64,000 bases of DNA, taken from contig OZ219802.1 of NCBI GenBank assembly GCA_964291655.2, forward strand, positions 1,152,001 through 1,216,000. Direction: 5' to 3'. Below are positions 1-10,138 of the stretch, one piece after another. Each line of letters starts with the position of its first letter. Position 1 is the first letter of the stretch. The notes beneath the pieces are model-generated. The model saw nothing but the letters and a program-made list of their open reading frames with translations. It had not been told where the DNA came from and made no database searches. Source of the DNA: Chloroflexota bacterium. GTDB taxonomy: Bacteria > Chloroflexota > UBA11872 > VXOZ01. The translations under genes and the position numbers were made by a program.

Positions 1-1366
1 GCCGCCATGCGCCAGCCGTGAACACATAGTAATCCCCATTAGAATCCACCAGTTGATTCTCGGCAGGATGCATTTCATCCAATGGGATCGCGTTCACAAT
101 GCTCTGCGGGAACGTCCAGAAGTCCAGCACGTCTTGCCACGGCACCTGGTACCGCTCGGCGCTATCGGGGGCAATCCAGACACGGACCACCCGGTTGTCG
201 GACTCGCGAACTACCACTCCGTAGGTCTGGCCCAGGCCCTCATCGCGAATGTAGCCATTGCGATTGAAGCCGCGGGAGCCGTCCGGACCAATGTAGCCAA
301 TGTTCATGAAGAAGTCCTGGCCTCGGCTCAGGTCGAAGTGGATGCGACTGTCACCCACTCGCGTAACCCGTGCCGCGCTGGTTCTCCCAACGAGTGTGAC
401 CGGCTGCGGGGTCGGACTCGCAGACGGCCCCGGTGTCGATGTTGCTGCCGCTGTGCCAATAGAATCGGACCACTCGAAGGTTTCCTCAAAGTCACTCTCA
501 AGGTCAGGAGGATTACCATCGTCGTCTCGCAGGTCGGCAAAGGTGATATCGAACTCATAGGAGAATTCAATCCGCGCGGCAGCGGCGTCATCCTCGGTCA
601 ACGTGTACTTCTTCGATTCCGGCGTGCCTTGGGATCCCGTTCTAAGCGGCCGAATGATGAACAGCAATCCCCTGGGGCTGCTCGAAGACCCAATCTCGTC
701 GCCATTCGCGTCATACAACTGCTTGCGGATACGTACCAGCTTTGTTCTGAACAGCCAAAACTCGCCGGTAGTCACCGCCAACGTGAACGTAACATCCTCG
801 CCCTCGGCAAACCTCCTAGGCGGGGTCATGTCCATGACCACACCCACTTCCGATATTTCCTCGGTCGTGGTTTCGGCCTTTCTGACCACGACCACGGGAA
901 CCTTGTTGCTCTTGATGGTGACAGAATTATGGATTCTTGTGTCTGCGTGACCAGGCACGAAATTAAGTTGGAATTGAATGAGCGCAGTACGACGCCCGGC
1001 AGCGCCGAGATCCGCTGGCTGAACCAAATACTTTACTTCCTTGGAGAAGAAGATCTTTCCCCCCTCAAGGCTGTCTGATAGGGTATCGCCAAGCATTTCG
1101 GGACCAAATCCACCGCCGGTAACACTACTCAACTGAGCCTTGAAGGGGACAGAATGTTCAGCGTTCCGACTCACAAAGACCTCAAATGTCAGTACTGTCC
1201 CAACCTTTACCGTTGTCTTGTTGTCTATACGACCGATCGACAACGCTATGCCGTAGTCATCGTCATCCTCGACATCAATGGGACCATGGGCGGACACCGT
1301 TAGCAGCGAGGCTCCCAGCAGCACAAGCGCCAGCAAGATGCTCAACAAACGAGACACAGGTCTCAC
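1..1366 (-). CDS. Secreted/surface protein, paralog of 4230..5813 (3' end runs off the window; missing from ORF track)
   Basis: GTG at 1366 behind AAGGA/AGGA; manual translation gives signal peptide MRPVSRLLSILLALVLLGAS and C-terminal NGYIRDEGLGQTY...NAIPLDEMHPAENQLVD...GAWR, matching the paralog. Confidence 0.85.
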   Translation of the reverse strand, partial: MRPVSRLLSILLALVLLGASLLTVSAHGPIDVEDDDDYGIALSIGRIDNKTTVKVGTVLTFEVFVSRNAEHSVPFKAQLSSVTGGGFGPEMLGDTLSDSLEGGKIFFSKEVKYLVQPADLGAAGRRTALIQFQLNFVPGHADTRIHNSVTIKSNKVPVVVVRKAETTTEEISEVGVVMDMTPPRRFAEGEDVTFTLAVTTGEFWLFRTKLVRIRKQLYDANGDEIGSSSSPRGLLFIIRPLRTGSQGTPESKKYTLTEDDAAAARIEFSYEFDITFADLRDDDGNPPDLESDFEETFEWSDSIGTAAATSTPGPSASPTPQPVTLVGRTSAARVTRVGDSRIHFDLSRGQDFFMNIGYIGPDGSRGFNRNGYIRDEGLGQTYGVVVRESDNRVVRVWIAPDSAERYQVPWQDVLDFWTFPQSIVNAIPLDEMHPAENQLVDSNGDYYVFTAGAWR

Positions 1367-1995
1367 AGTTTCCTATCCTTTCACTAGAACGTCTGCTTCC
1401 TTAGAGCAGAACCGTTTCCAATTGCAAAGCAGAAGAGAGATCGAAAGAGACACCCGATTCCGGGTAATTGGAACGCGTTGGCGAATAGGCTCCCTTCTTA
1501 ATGGCTATTCCGCGCGCAGGCGGAATCGTGCGGATATGTCACAGTCTCCGGAAGGTAGACTAGTGGGGAGATCGTTGCTGACCTGGTCGGTAGCGCCAGG
1601 AGCACGGTACGCTAATGCAGAACACATCTCTCTGATCTTCATGCGCACCTACAGCGTCCACCTCCGCACCGCGGAGTGCGGCATGGCGGGCGTACGCTTT
1701 GCGGTCTTGCTTAAAAGTGTAGCAGAGTGGCCTGTTTGCTGCAAGAGGTACACACGTCGGCGGAATTGACGGGTATGTAACCTCAATCTCATGGTACCTT
1801 CTCACTATCGCCGCGTTGCACGGCTATTCTGCGACGCATTGGCATCACCCTCACCCCTGTATCCAGTACGGGGGTGAGGGTGAATCTACCGAAATCTCTC
1901 CATATGCACACCGACTCTGCCCTGATACGTCTTGCCACTACCCAGCGTAAAGGGCCATTGTAGCAAAAAGACCCCCCTCACCCCGGCCCTCTCCC

Positions 1996-2283
1996 TGTAC
2001 AGACCGGGGACATAGGTAACAGTTGTTCGGGGACATGGGTTACACATTTTACTGATTGACACCTACGAGAGCATTGGGTTGGTCCGGGTTTGATAAGAGA
2101 CTGGCGACACAGTGCACTCACTTTCAGCCTGTCAGCTTGTGCCAGAGAAACAAACTGTGTGCATAAGGATATTGAGCGGATCTAACTTTCAAGGCAAGGA
2201 CATCGCATACTACGAAAATCCCCTCGTTCTATGGTGTAACCTATGTGCCCGAACATGTGTAACCCATGTACCCGGTCTATACA
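1996..2283 (-). mobile_element. IS481-derived MITE (family A, copy 1, 288 bp)
   Basis: TGT...ACA termini, ends match the IS481 at 8501..9765, 5-bp TSD CTCCC. Confidence 0.9.
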
Positions 2284-2489
2284 CTCCCCCAGGAGAGGGA
2301 GTGCCTCTGCTTGCAAGTGGGGTTGTGCAATGGTCTCCCCAGGGAGAGCAAACTGGATTCTCATTCCCCTCTCCGACTCCCTCTCCCCGGGGGAGAGGAA
2401 ACTGGAGACTTATTCCCTCATCTGACTCCCTCTCTCCAGGGGAGAGGAAACTGAACACTTACTCCCTCATCTGACTCCCTCTCCCCGGG
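2284..2489. repeat. Cluster of CCCTCTCCC/GGGAGAGG palindromic repeats (~50-bp tandem units) plus a GGTCTC MITE end at 2337
   Basis: Repeated GACTCCCTCTCYCCRGGGGAGAGGAAACTG units. Confidence 0.75.
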
Positions 2490-2777
2490 TGTATAGACCG
2501 GGTACATGGGTTACACATGTTCGGGCACATAGGTTACACCATAGAACGAGGGGATTTTCGTAGTATGCGATGTCCTTGCCTTGAAAGTTAGATCCGCTCA
2601 ATATCCTTATGCACACAGTTTGTTTCTCTGGCACAAGCTGACAGGCTGAAAGTGAGTGCACTGTGTCGCCAGTCTCTTATCAAACCCGGACCAACCCAAT
2701 GCTCTCGTAGGTGTCAATCAGTAAAATGTGTAACCCATGTCCCCGAACAACTGTTACCTATGTCCCCGGTCTGTACA
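2490..2777 (+). mobile_element. IS481-derived MITE (family A, copy 2, 288 bp)
   Basis: Inverted copy of 1996..2283; flanks CCGGG/GGGAG (no perfect TSD). Confidence 0.9.
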
Positions 2778-3250
2778 GGGAGAGGGTCGGGGTGAGGGGA
2801 TTTCTGCTTTGCCCATCCTCTTTAACAGGTAGACCGATACGCCAATGTGCAGTAACGGGAAATCTTGGCTCCCAGTTTGCGGGACTCTCCCCTCTCACCT
2901 CCGTATGCGGAAATCTCCCCCTCACCCTAGCCCTCTCCCCGAGGAGAGGGGACAAGATGCTCTCGACCGCTATTGATCCCTCTCGCCGGCCACTGGGGAT
3001 AAGTCCTCTCCCGGCCGCTCTTGCTCCCTGTTCCCGACCGCTGGGGACGAGTCCTCTCCTGGCCATTCTTCCTCCCCTCACCCTAGCCCTCTCCCCGAGG
3101 AGAGGGGACAAGATGCTCCCGGTCACTCTTGCTCCCTATCGTTTGCCACTGGGGCTAGATTACGCGTAGTCTCTCTTGTTCCCTTTACCCGGCCGCTGGG
3201 GATGAATCCTCTCCTGGCTGTTCTTCCTCCCCTCACCCTAGCCCTCTCCC
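2778..3250. repeat. REP-like palindromic repeat array (CCCTCACCCTAGCCCTCTCCCC-GAGGAGAGGGG units)
   Basis: Direct repeats visible; 2778-2900 is an inverted homolog of 8380-8500. Confidence 0.75.
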
Positions 3251-3538
3251 TGTATAGACCGGGTACATGGGTTACACATGTTCGGGCACATAGGTTACAC
3301 CATAGAACGAGGGGATTTTCGTAGTATGCGATGTCCTTGCCTTGAAAGTTAGATCCGCTCAATATCCTTATGCACACAGTTTGTTTCTCTGGCACAAGCT
3401 GACAGGCTGAAAGTGAGTGCACTGTGTCGCCAGTCTCTTATCAAACCCGGACCAACCCAATGCTCTCGTAGGTGTCAATCAGTAAAATGTGTAACCCATG
3501 TCCCCGAACAACTGTTACCTATGTCCCCGGTCTGTACA
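3251..3538 (+). mobile_element. IS481-derived MITE (family A, copy 3, 288 bp)
   Basis: Same sequence as copy 2; TSD CTCCC. Confidence 0.9.
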
Positions 3539-3639
3539 CTCCCCAAGGAGAGGGGACAAGACCCGGAGCTCGCTTTCCTCCTCTTCCCGGCCGCTGGGGA
3601 TGAGTCCTCTCCCGGCCGCTCTTGCTCCCTCTCCCGGTG

Positions 3640-3873
3640 GAGACCTTTGCGCAACTCAAGCGGTAGCGAAATAGTTCCCTCTCCCTCGACGGGAGAGGGC
3701 TAGGGTGAGGGTGAGTCTCCTGAAATCTCTCCATATGCACACCGATTCTGCCCTGATATGTCTTGACACTGCCCAGCGTAAAGGGTCATCGTAGCAAAAG
3801 CCCCCCTCACCCCAACCCTCTCCCCCAGGAGAGGGAGTGCCCCTGCTTGAAAGTGGGGTTATGCAAAGGTCTC
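3640..3873. mobile_element. MITE with GAGACCTTTGC...GCAAAGGTCTC termini carrying internal palindromic repeats
   Basis: 11-bp perfect TIR, 5-bp TSD CGGTG; removal restores hairpin CCCTCTCCCGGTGGGAGAGGG. Confidence 0.8.
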
Positions 3874-4073
3874 CGGTGGGAGAGGGTTGGGGTGAGGGGG
3901 AGAACGAAGATGTGCCTATGGCATACGCAGTGGGTACGCCTAGGCACATGGAATGGACGCGCGAATTATACGATTACTGCGTCACAATGGTGACACGCTT
4001 CACAGAGGATGCATTCCGATCTGGACGCCCTCCTTCGAGCAGGCGCTCTGAGGAGCACGTCCAATTAAATATA

Positions 4074-4109
4074 CAAGAGCCGGTGTCCTGCCACAGACAC
4101 CGGCTCTTG
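4074..4109 (-). terminator. Rho-independent terminator candidate downstream of 4230..5813
   Basis: CAAGAGCCGGTGTC/GACACCGGCTCTTG stem followed by a T-rich tract on the minus strand. Confidence 0.65.
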
Positions 4110-4229
4110 CCGTAGCATAAGGAGACTGTACAGACCCCCCGGGCCGCTAGCGTGCGGTCATCACGCTTCTGCTGTCCCGGATACTGATAACACTAAGTGT
4201 AACCTGCCCATACAGCTTTAATGCATCCT

Positions 4230-5813
4230 TTACGAGTGGCACACAGGATAATCGGGATCCTCAGTGTCACCACTGGAAGGCAACGCCTGTCCAAGTTGGA
4301 TATTGTCGGCCCAGCCCTCAGCAGCCGTCGTCAAGTCGCAATAGAAATAGCCACGCGACTGGAACGTCGGGATGTTGGGGATGTGCCGCCATGCGCCGCC
4401 TGTGTAGGCGTACCACGTGCCGCCGGCATCAACCAGTTGGTTCGGCGCCGGTGCCGTGTGATCCAGCGGGATGGCATTCACAACGTCCTTCGGCACGTTG
4501 TAGAAGTCCAGCACCGCAACCCAGTCAATGTCACCCACGTGAGGACTGGCCGATGAGATCCAGACACGCACGATCGCGCCATCGGACTCACGGGCCACCA
4601 CCGCGTAGGTCTGACCGAGGTTACTGTCGCGGATGTAACCGTTGGAATGCGGCTCGAGCGTGCCGTCGGCAGCCAGAACACCAACGCCAAGGCTGAAGTT
4701 GGTGCCGCCGTCATGCCGCTCGACGTCAACGAGGTTGCCCGCGCCCTTCGTCACCGTGGCCGCTTCGGTCATACCGACCGGCGGCTCCGGCGTGGCTTCC
4801 GGCTCAGGAGCAGCGACAGGCAACGTCAGAAGGATACCCTCTGAGGTCTCTATCGTGTCTAGCGTGTCATCGTCCTTGTTGAAGTCAGTTCGCTCTTCCT
4901 GAGGCAGAGCGCCGGTGTCGAGCACGGCAGCATCATTCTTTGTGATATCGGCCTCATTGATGTCGAGCTCATAGGAGAACTCTATGGACCCACCCTCATC
5001 GAGGGCGTCGACGTCCGCTTGCGACAGCGTGTAATCCGCCTCAATGGCGGAACTCGTCGAATTGGTCTTGAGGTCATCAATCTGCATCGCGGCTACCGGC
5101 AGCGCAACGCCGTCATCCTCGCCGTCAGCGTCTTTCACCTGCTTCATGATGAGGAAGCTGCCGCCTCTGTACCGGTAATCGGCTGTCGAAACTGTCAACG
5201 AGAACTCGATCTCGTTGCCCTTTTCAATCTCAGGCACCACAGGATCGGCAAAGTCCAGCACCACACCGGTAGCGCCGCCCTCTGCAGCCGGCCTAGTTTC
5301 AATCAGGATGGCATCTGAGGCCGTAACCTCTGAGTCAGCCGCAGCAATTTCATGTTCGTCGTCGGCGTTGTTAGCGACAAAATGGTCAGCCGTAAACGCG
5401 AGCGTCCACTCCAAGGTGAGCGTGCGGCTGGAAACACCTGTATCCAAACCAGGAACCTCGTACGTGACTTCCGCTTCATGGAACGTCGACGTGGCGATTG
5501 TACCCGCGTCTACCACAGTGTCCTCGGCGTATATTGCGAATGCCGCAACATCGTCGGAGCTATCAGCAGTTCCATCAGGCCCCACCACTGTGGCGCTCGT
5601 GATACTATGGTCACCAAGCCGGTAGACAGTGATCATGAACGTCAACTCATCACCGGGATAAATCGCATCCGGCGGATCTACCATGACGACTGACATGGTG
5701 GCATACGATTCACCATCCGCGTCGGTAGTTGCATCTGCTGACGCCGTCGCCATCGACAGACCCATCAGTATGAGCGCTATAAAGACGCTCAACAAACGAG
5801 ACAATTGTCTCAC
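4230..5813 (-). CDS. Acidic secreted/surface protein of unknown function
   Basis: 527-aa ORF, signal peptide, D/E/T-rich beta-type regions, Pro linker, C-terminal domain shared with paralog. Confidence 0.85.
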   Translation of the reverse strand: MRQLSRLLSVFIALILMGLSMATASADATTDADGESYATMSVVMVDPPDAIYPGDELTFMITVYRLGDHSITSATVVGPDGTADSSDDVAAFAIYAEDTVVDAGTIATSTFHEAEVTYEVPGLDTGVSSRTLTLEWTLAFTADHFVANNADDEHEIAAADSEVTASDAILIETRPAAEGGATGVVLDFADPVVPEIEKGNEIEFSLTVSTADYRYRGGSFLIMKQVKDADGEDDGVALPVAAMQIDDLKTNSTSSAIEADYTLSQADVDALDEGGSIEFSYELDINEADITKNDAAVLDTGALPQEERTDFNKDDDTLDTIETSEGILLTLPVAAPEPEATPEPPVGMTEAATVTKGAGNLVDVERHDGGTNFSLGVGVLAADGTLEPHSNGYIRDSNLGQTYAVVARESDGAIVRVWISSASPHVGDIDWVAVLDFYNVPKDVVNAIPLDHTAPAPNQLVDAGGTWYAYTGGAWRHIPNIPTFQSRGYFYCDLTTAAEGWADNIQLGQALPSSGDTEDPDYPVCHS

Positions 5814-6531
5814 AGTCCTTTCCTTTCACTAGATTGTCTGCTTCCGTGAAGCAGACCTAGAAATCTCGAATTAACACCCAACATTACCGGGCTATTCCGG
5901 CGCGTGCATGAAGATACACTCCCTTCTTGAATTGCTATCCCGCGCTGAGGGGGAATCGTGGGTGTACGTCACACTCCCCAGGGTGGCAGACCAGGGTGGT
6001 CATTGCTGACCCGACCGTTGACGCCAATAGCACGGTATGTTGATACGAGACAATACATGCTGACATTACTGTGCGCCCACGGCGTCATTTATCGTGAGCG
6101 TGCACTCGTCAGCTCGCCCTGTAGTGTAACAGACCACCCCAGGCCATGCAAGAGGTAATCGCGAAAAAACAGCAAAACGACCGGGCGACAAAATAGGCTG
6201 ACTCGCTCCGACCCGACGGGTGTCGCTGTTCGCACGGTACACTTGTAGGGACAAAGCCAATGGACTTTCTCCTGCCCACGAAGGCTGCGCAACTATAATT
6301 TGCGCTCGCAACTATAGGTTGCGCCCGCATCTATAAAGATACGCCTGCATCATGGGTGTGCGCTTGTCAGCGCATTCCAGTGTAGCAAAGGGCCAAGACC
6401 AGTGCAAGCACAACTCATTGCCAACCTCAGGGTATTGCTGCATCACCACCTGGCGCGGTCCCGCAGCCGCCCTTGCCCGACCCAACCACAGAGACCCCGC
6501 GACCAGGGGACGGGGCGGACTTGGCGAGACC

Positions 6532-8223
6532 CTACCTTGCAACTGCGCATCTCTGCCATGCAATCGTAGGCCGGAGCGGGACACATTTCCCCTCACCCCG
6601 GCCCTCTCCCCCAGGGAGAGGGAGCAGAGTACGGAGGCGAGAGGGGGGGAATCCCCTCTCCTGGGGAGGCTGTCTCAATATTTTGGTGCGGGGCACGGTG
6701 AATGGGGTGAGAAGGACAGACAGATGGCGGGTGGTATGAACAAGACGGTGCCAGTGAGAGACTCGTCCCCGGGGCGACGCTGGACTACACCCAGACCGCC
6801 ACAGGGCGTGGAGGCTCTTGAGATTGAACGCGGTGGCCAGCAGGTGCCATTCGGACGTCACGTGGCTGCGGCCTCTGAGCAGGAAGCGCCTGGCACTGTG
6901 CCACTCCTTGAGCAGGCCAAAGACCGGCTCGACGATGGTACTCCGGCGGCGGTACACCTGCTTGGCAGGCGCGGTGGCCATCAACTGCCTGTGCCGTTGC
7001 AGTATTGGCTCGTAGGCGCTGATCTTTATGGAGCGGCCCCTCTGGGAGGAGGTGCAGACGCCGAAGGCCGGACAGGTTCTGCAGTCCCGGCCGTTGGCTT
7101 GGTACCGCTTGACCCGGTAGCCGTTGCTGTGGGTCAAGCGGTGCGTGTAGGTGAGCACCTTTTGCTGGGGACACAGGTAGGTGTCGGTCTCTGGACGGTA
7201 GGTGAAGTGGTCTTTATGGTAGGGGTTGCGGCGTCTGCGCTCGTGGGTCGTGGGCATCAATACCGTGTGGCCGCCGGCGTGGCACGTGGCGAGGTTGGCC
7301 CCCGAATGGTAGCCGGCGTCCGCAACGGTCACCACGTCCCGCGCGGCGTCGATGTTCTCCTGCGCCGCCTCGATCAGCGGCGCCAGGTGGGGATGGTCGT
7401 CGGCACTGGCGCTCACGTCCACGGCTGTGATCAACCTCCCCCCTGCGCCCTCGTCCGGGGACGCAAGAGGGGAGACCAGCGCCTGGGCGTTGTAGCCGGT
7501 GATGAAGCCACCCATGCCAGTCTTGAGCAGGGCCGCGTCCGCATCAGTCAGGTTCGTGTAGCGCGGCCCGTCCTCAGCCGCGACGCGGGCGAGCGCGTCG
7601 TCCACCCGCCGCCGCAGGGCCTGGGCATCGGCAAGTTCCTGCGGCAAAGTCGCTGGCGGCGCGTCGCCCCCCGTGGCGTTCTGCGCCTCCAGGTCCGCGA
7701 TCGCTTGCTCGGTGCGGGACAACAGCCGCTGCAGCCCCTGCGCGTCGTGGGTATGCCGCGTCCCGGCGTTGGCCGCGATCCTGGTGCCGTCCACCGCCTG
7801 GATTGCCAACTCCACCAGGCCGGCTCGCACCGCCGTGCGCACCGTGCGCTTGAGCAGCGTCCGCATCCGGTCGCGGTGCGCCTTGTAGAAGCGCCACAGC
7901 GTGTTGTGGTCCGGCTGCTGCATCCCCACCAGCCACAGGTACGGTACCTGATCCCGGCAGGCTGCCTCCAGCTTGCGGCTCGAGCGCACGCCGGTCATGA
8001 AGCCGTAGACCCATACGCCCAGCAGCGCGCGCGGATGGTAGGCCCCGGCGCCACGCGGATCGCCTTGCAGGTCAATCTCCATCGCCTCCCAGGCCGCAGC
8101 ATCGAGGCTGTCCACGAACGCTGCCGCAAACCTGACAGGATGGTCGTCCGGGATCAGTTCGTCCAGCGTCGGCGGCAACAGCCAGGCCTGTTCACGACTA
8201 AACGGTCTCAACGGCATCGTCAC
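6532..8223 (-). CDS. IS1182-family transposase
   Basis: Motifs LLPPTLDELIPDDHP, YHPRALL, SSRKLE, PDHNTL, VDGTRI, GYNAQ, ADAGY, RSTIVEPVFG. Confidence 0.92.
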   Translation of the reverse strand: MTMPLRPFSREQAWLLPPTLDELIPDDHPVRFAAAFVDSLDAAAWEAMEIDLQGDPRGAGAYHPRALLGVWVYGFMTGVRSSRKLEAACRDQVPYLWLVGMQQPDHNTLWRFYKAHRDRMRTLLKRTVRTAVRAGLVELAIQAVDGTRIAANAGTRHTHDAQGLQRLLSRTEQAIADLEAQNATGGDAPPATLPQELADAQALRRRVDDALARVAAEDGPRYTNLTDADAALLKTGMGGFITGYNAQALVSPLASPDEGAGGRLITAVDVSASADDHPHLAPLIEAAQENIDAARDVVTVADAGYHSGANLATCHAGGHTVLMPTTHERRRRNPYHKDHFTYRPETDTYLCPQQKVLTYTHRLTHSNGYRVKRYQANGRDCRTCPAFGVCTSSQRGRSIKISAYEPILQRHRQLMATAPAKQVYRRRSTIVEPVFGLLKEWHSARRFLLRGRSHVTSEWHLLATAFNLKSLHALWRSGCSPASPRGRVSHWHRLVHTTRHLSVLLTPFTVPRTKILRQPPQERGFPPSRLRTLLPLPGGEGRGEGKCVPLRPTIAWQRCAVAR

Positions 8224-8309
8224 TACCTCTCTACAAACTATCCCACCACCTCACCTTGCTTCTCTTCACACCAGTATATATCCAGTAGATCTATTTTTGA
8301 GACACCCTC
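6666..8309 (-). mobile_element. IS1182-family insertion sequence
   Basis: TIRs GAGGCTGTCTCAA / TTGAGACACCCTC; near-TSD CTGGG/TTGGG in a hairpin loop. Confidence 0.8.
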
Positions 8310-8500
8310 TTGGGGAGAGGGAGCAGAGTACGGGGGCAAGGGGCGGGGGAAGTCCCCTCTCCTTGGGGAGAGGGTTAGGGTGAGGGGGAGATTACCGCAA
8401 ACTGGGAGCCTCTTTTCCCGGTTATTGCACTCTTGCGTATCGGTCTTGCAGTTAAGGTGGATGGGGTACGCAGAAATCCCCTCACCCCGGCCCTCTCCCC

Positions 8501-9765
8501 TGTATAGACCGGGTACATGGGTTACACATGTTCGGGCACATAGGTTACACCTTAAGGCATGGAGATTCTTACAGATGGAGGAGCGCCATGCCTTGGAAGG
8601 AGAGTACGGTTGTGTCTGAACGCAAGGAGTTCATTGCACTGGCACTGATGGAAGGGGCCAACATCAGCGAGCTGTGTCGCCGTCTGGAGATCAGTCGCAA
8701 GACGGCGTACAAGACGCTGGAGCGGTATGCGAAAGCTGGCGAAGACGGTTTGCACGACCGGTCGCGGCGGCCGCACACGTGTCCGCACCGCACGCGCCCG
8801 GCGCTGGAGGAGCGCATCATCGCCTTGCGCCTGGCGCATCCGAAGAAAGGCGCACACGTGCTGCGCCGGATGCTGCAGGACCAGGGGGTCACCGACGTGC
8901 CGGCCAAGAGCACCATCAATGCCATTCTCAAACGCCATGGGCTCATCGATCCAGCCCAGAGCGCCAAGCACACGCCCCATGTGCGCTTCGAACGACCCCA
9001 GCCCAACGAGCTGTGGCAGATGGACTTCAAGGGACATTTCGTCATGCAGCAGAACCGCTGTCATCCTCTCACCCTCCTAGACGATCACTCCCGCTTCAAC
9101 CTCGGGTTACAGGCCTGTGCCAACGAGCGGGGAGAGACGGTCCAAGACCGCCTCACCGCTGTCTTTCGCCGCTACGGCTTGCCCCAGGCCATGCTCATGG
9201 ACAACGGCTCTCCCTGGGGTAACGACAGTGCCCAGCCCTTCACGCCCCTCACCGTCTGGCTCATGCAGCTGGGCATCAACGTCCTGCACAGCCGACCCTA
9301 CCATCCCCAGACACTCGGCAAGCTGGAACGCTTCCACCGCTCCCTCAAGAGCGAACTGCTGGCAGGGACCACCTTTACCGACCTGGACCATTGCCAGCGC
9401 GCCTTTGACACCTGGCGCCACTTCTACAACTTGGAACGCCCACACCATGCCCTCGATCTCGACACTCCCATTACCAGATACACGCCTAGTCCTCGCCCTT
9501 TCCCAGAGACCTTGCCTGCCCTCGCCTACGCTCCCGACGACCGCGTACGCAGCGTCGATGTCTCCGGCCGCATCTCCTTCCAAGGCAGACGGCTCCGTGT
9601 GGGCAGGGCCTTCACGCACAAGCAAGTCGCCCTGCGACCCACCCGAACGGACGGTGTCTGGGACGTGTACTTCTCGATCCAAAGAGTAAAAACCATAGAC
9701 CTCAGAGCACAAAATGTGTAACCTATCTACCCGAACATCTGTTACCTATGTCCCCGGTCTGTACA
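8501..9765 (+). mobile_element. IS481-family insertion sequence (1265 bp)
   Basis: TGTATAGACC...GGTCTGTACA ends with repeated GGTTACAC sites; TSD TCCCC. Confidence 0.92.
8588..9721 (+). CDS. IS481-family transposase
   Basis: MPWKE start behind GGAGGAG; HTH, WQMDFKG, DNG, PQTLGKLERF integrase core. Confidence 0.93.
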   Translation: MPWKESTVVSERKEFIALALMEGANISELCRRLEISRKTAYKTLERYAKAGEDGLHDRSRRPHTCPHRTRPALEERIIALRLAHPKKGAHVLRRMLQDQGVTDVPAKSTINAILKRHGLIDPAQSAKHTPHVRFERPQPNELWQMDFKGHFVMQQNRCHPLTLLDDHSRFNLGLQACANERGETVQDRLTAVFRRYGLPQAMLMDNGSPWGNDSAQPFTPLTVWLMQLGINVLHSRPYHPQTLGKLERFHRSLKSELLAGTTFTDLDHCQRAFDTWRHFYNLERPHHALDLDTPITRYTPSPRPFPETLPALAYAPDDRVRSVDVSGRISFQGRRLRVGRAFTHKQVALRPTRTDGVWDVYFSIQRVKTIDLRAQNV

Positions 9766-10138
9766 TCCCCCCAGGGAGAGGGAGTGCCCTTGCTTGAAAG
9801 TGGGGTTATGCAGAGGTCTCCCAGGGGAGAGGGTGCAGAGTACGGATCCGAGTAAACTTGGAGCAATTCCGATTCCCTCTCCCTGGGGAGAGGGTTAGGG
9901 TGAGGGGAACCCCATCTCAACACACCGCAGACCCTCCCGCAGGGACGACTTACGCGATAGTCCCTCTTTAAAGGAAGCGACCGTGCACCTCGCTTCCACG
10001 GCGCGCCCTCCGCAGGCGGCGCGAGAGAGCAGCCGCGCGGTTGCCAGCCACCAAAACCGGGCGCGCAATGATACAATCATCCATATCAATCGTGAGCATG
10101 TTGGCGCGGCGACGATCCGGCTGCATTAAAGAAGAGGA

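Noticed and set aside
53-1078. 341-aa plus-strand ORF
   Set aside because: Antisense shadow of the minus-strand secreted-protein gene starting at 1366
2490-2777. MITE core as a guide/bridge RNA explaining target specificity
   Set aside because: The core translates to a decayed transposase N-terminus (QFVSLAQADRLKVSALCRQ vs EFIALALMEGANISELCRR), so it is a deletion derivative; there is no extended complementarity to the target
6352-8619. 755-aa plus-strand ORF
   Set aside because: Antisense to the IS1182 transposase and runs through repeats; no recognisable motifs
9732-9745. LexA-box-like CGAAC-N4-GTTAC in IS481 ends
   Set aside because: Mismatch to GAAC-N4-GTTC in every copy; explained by the transposase-binding repeats
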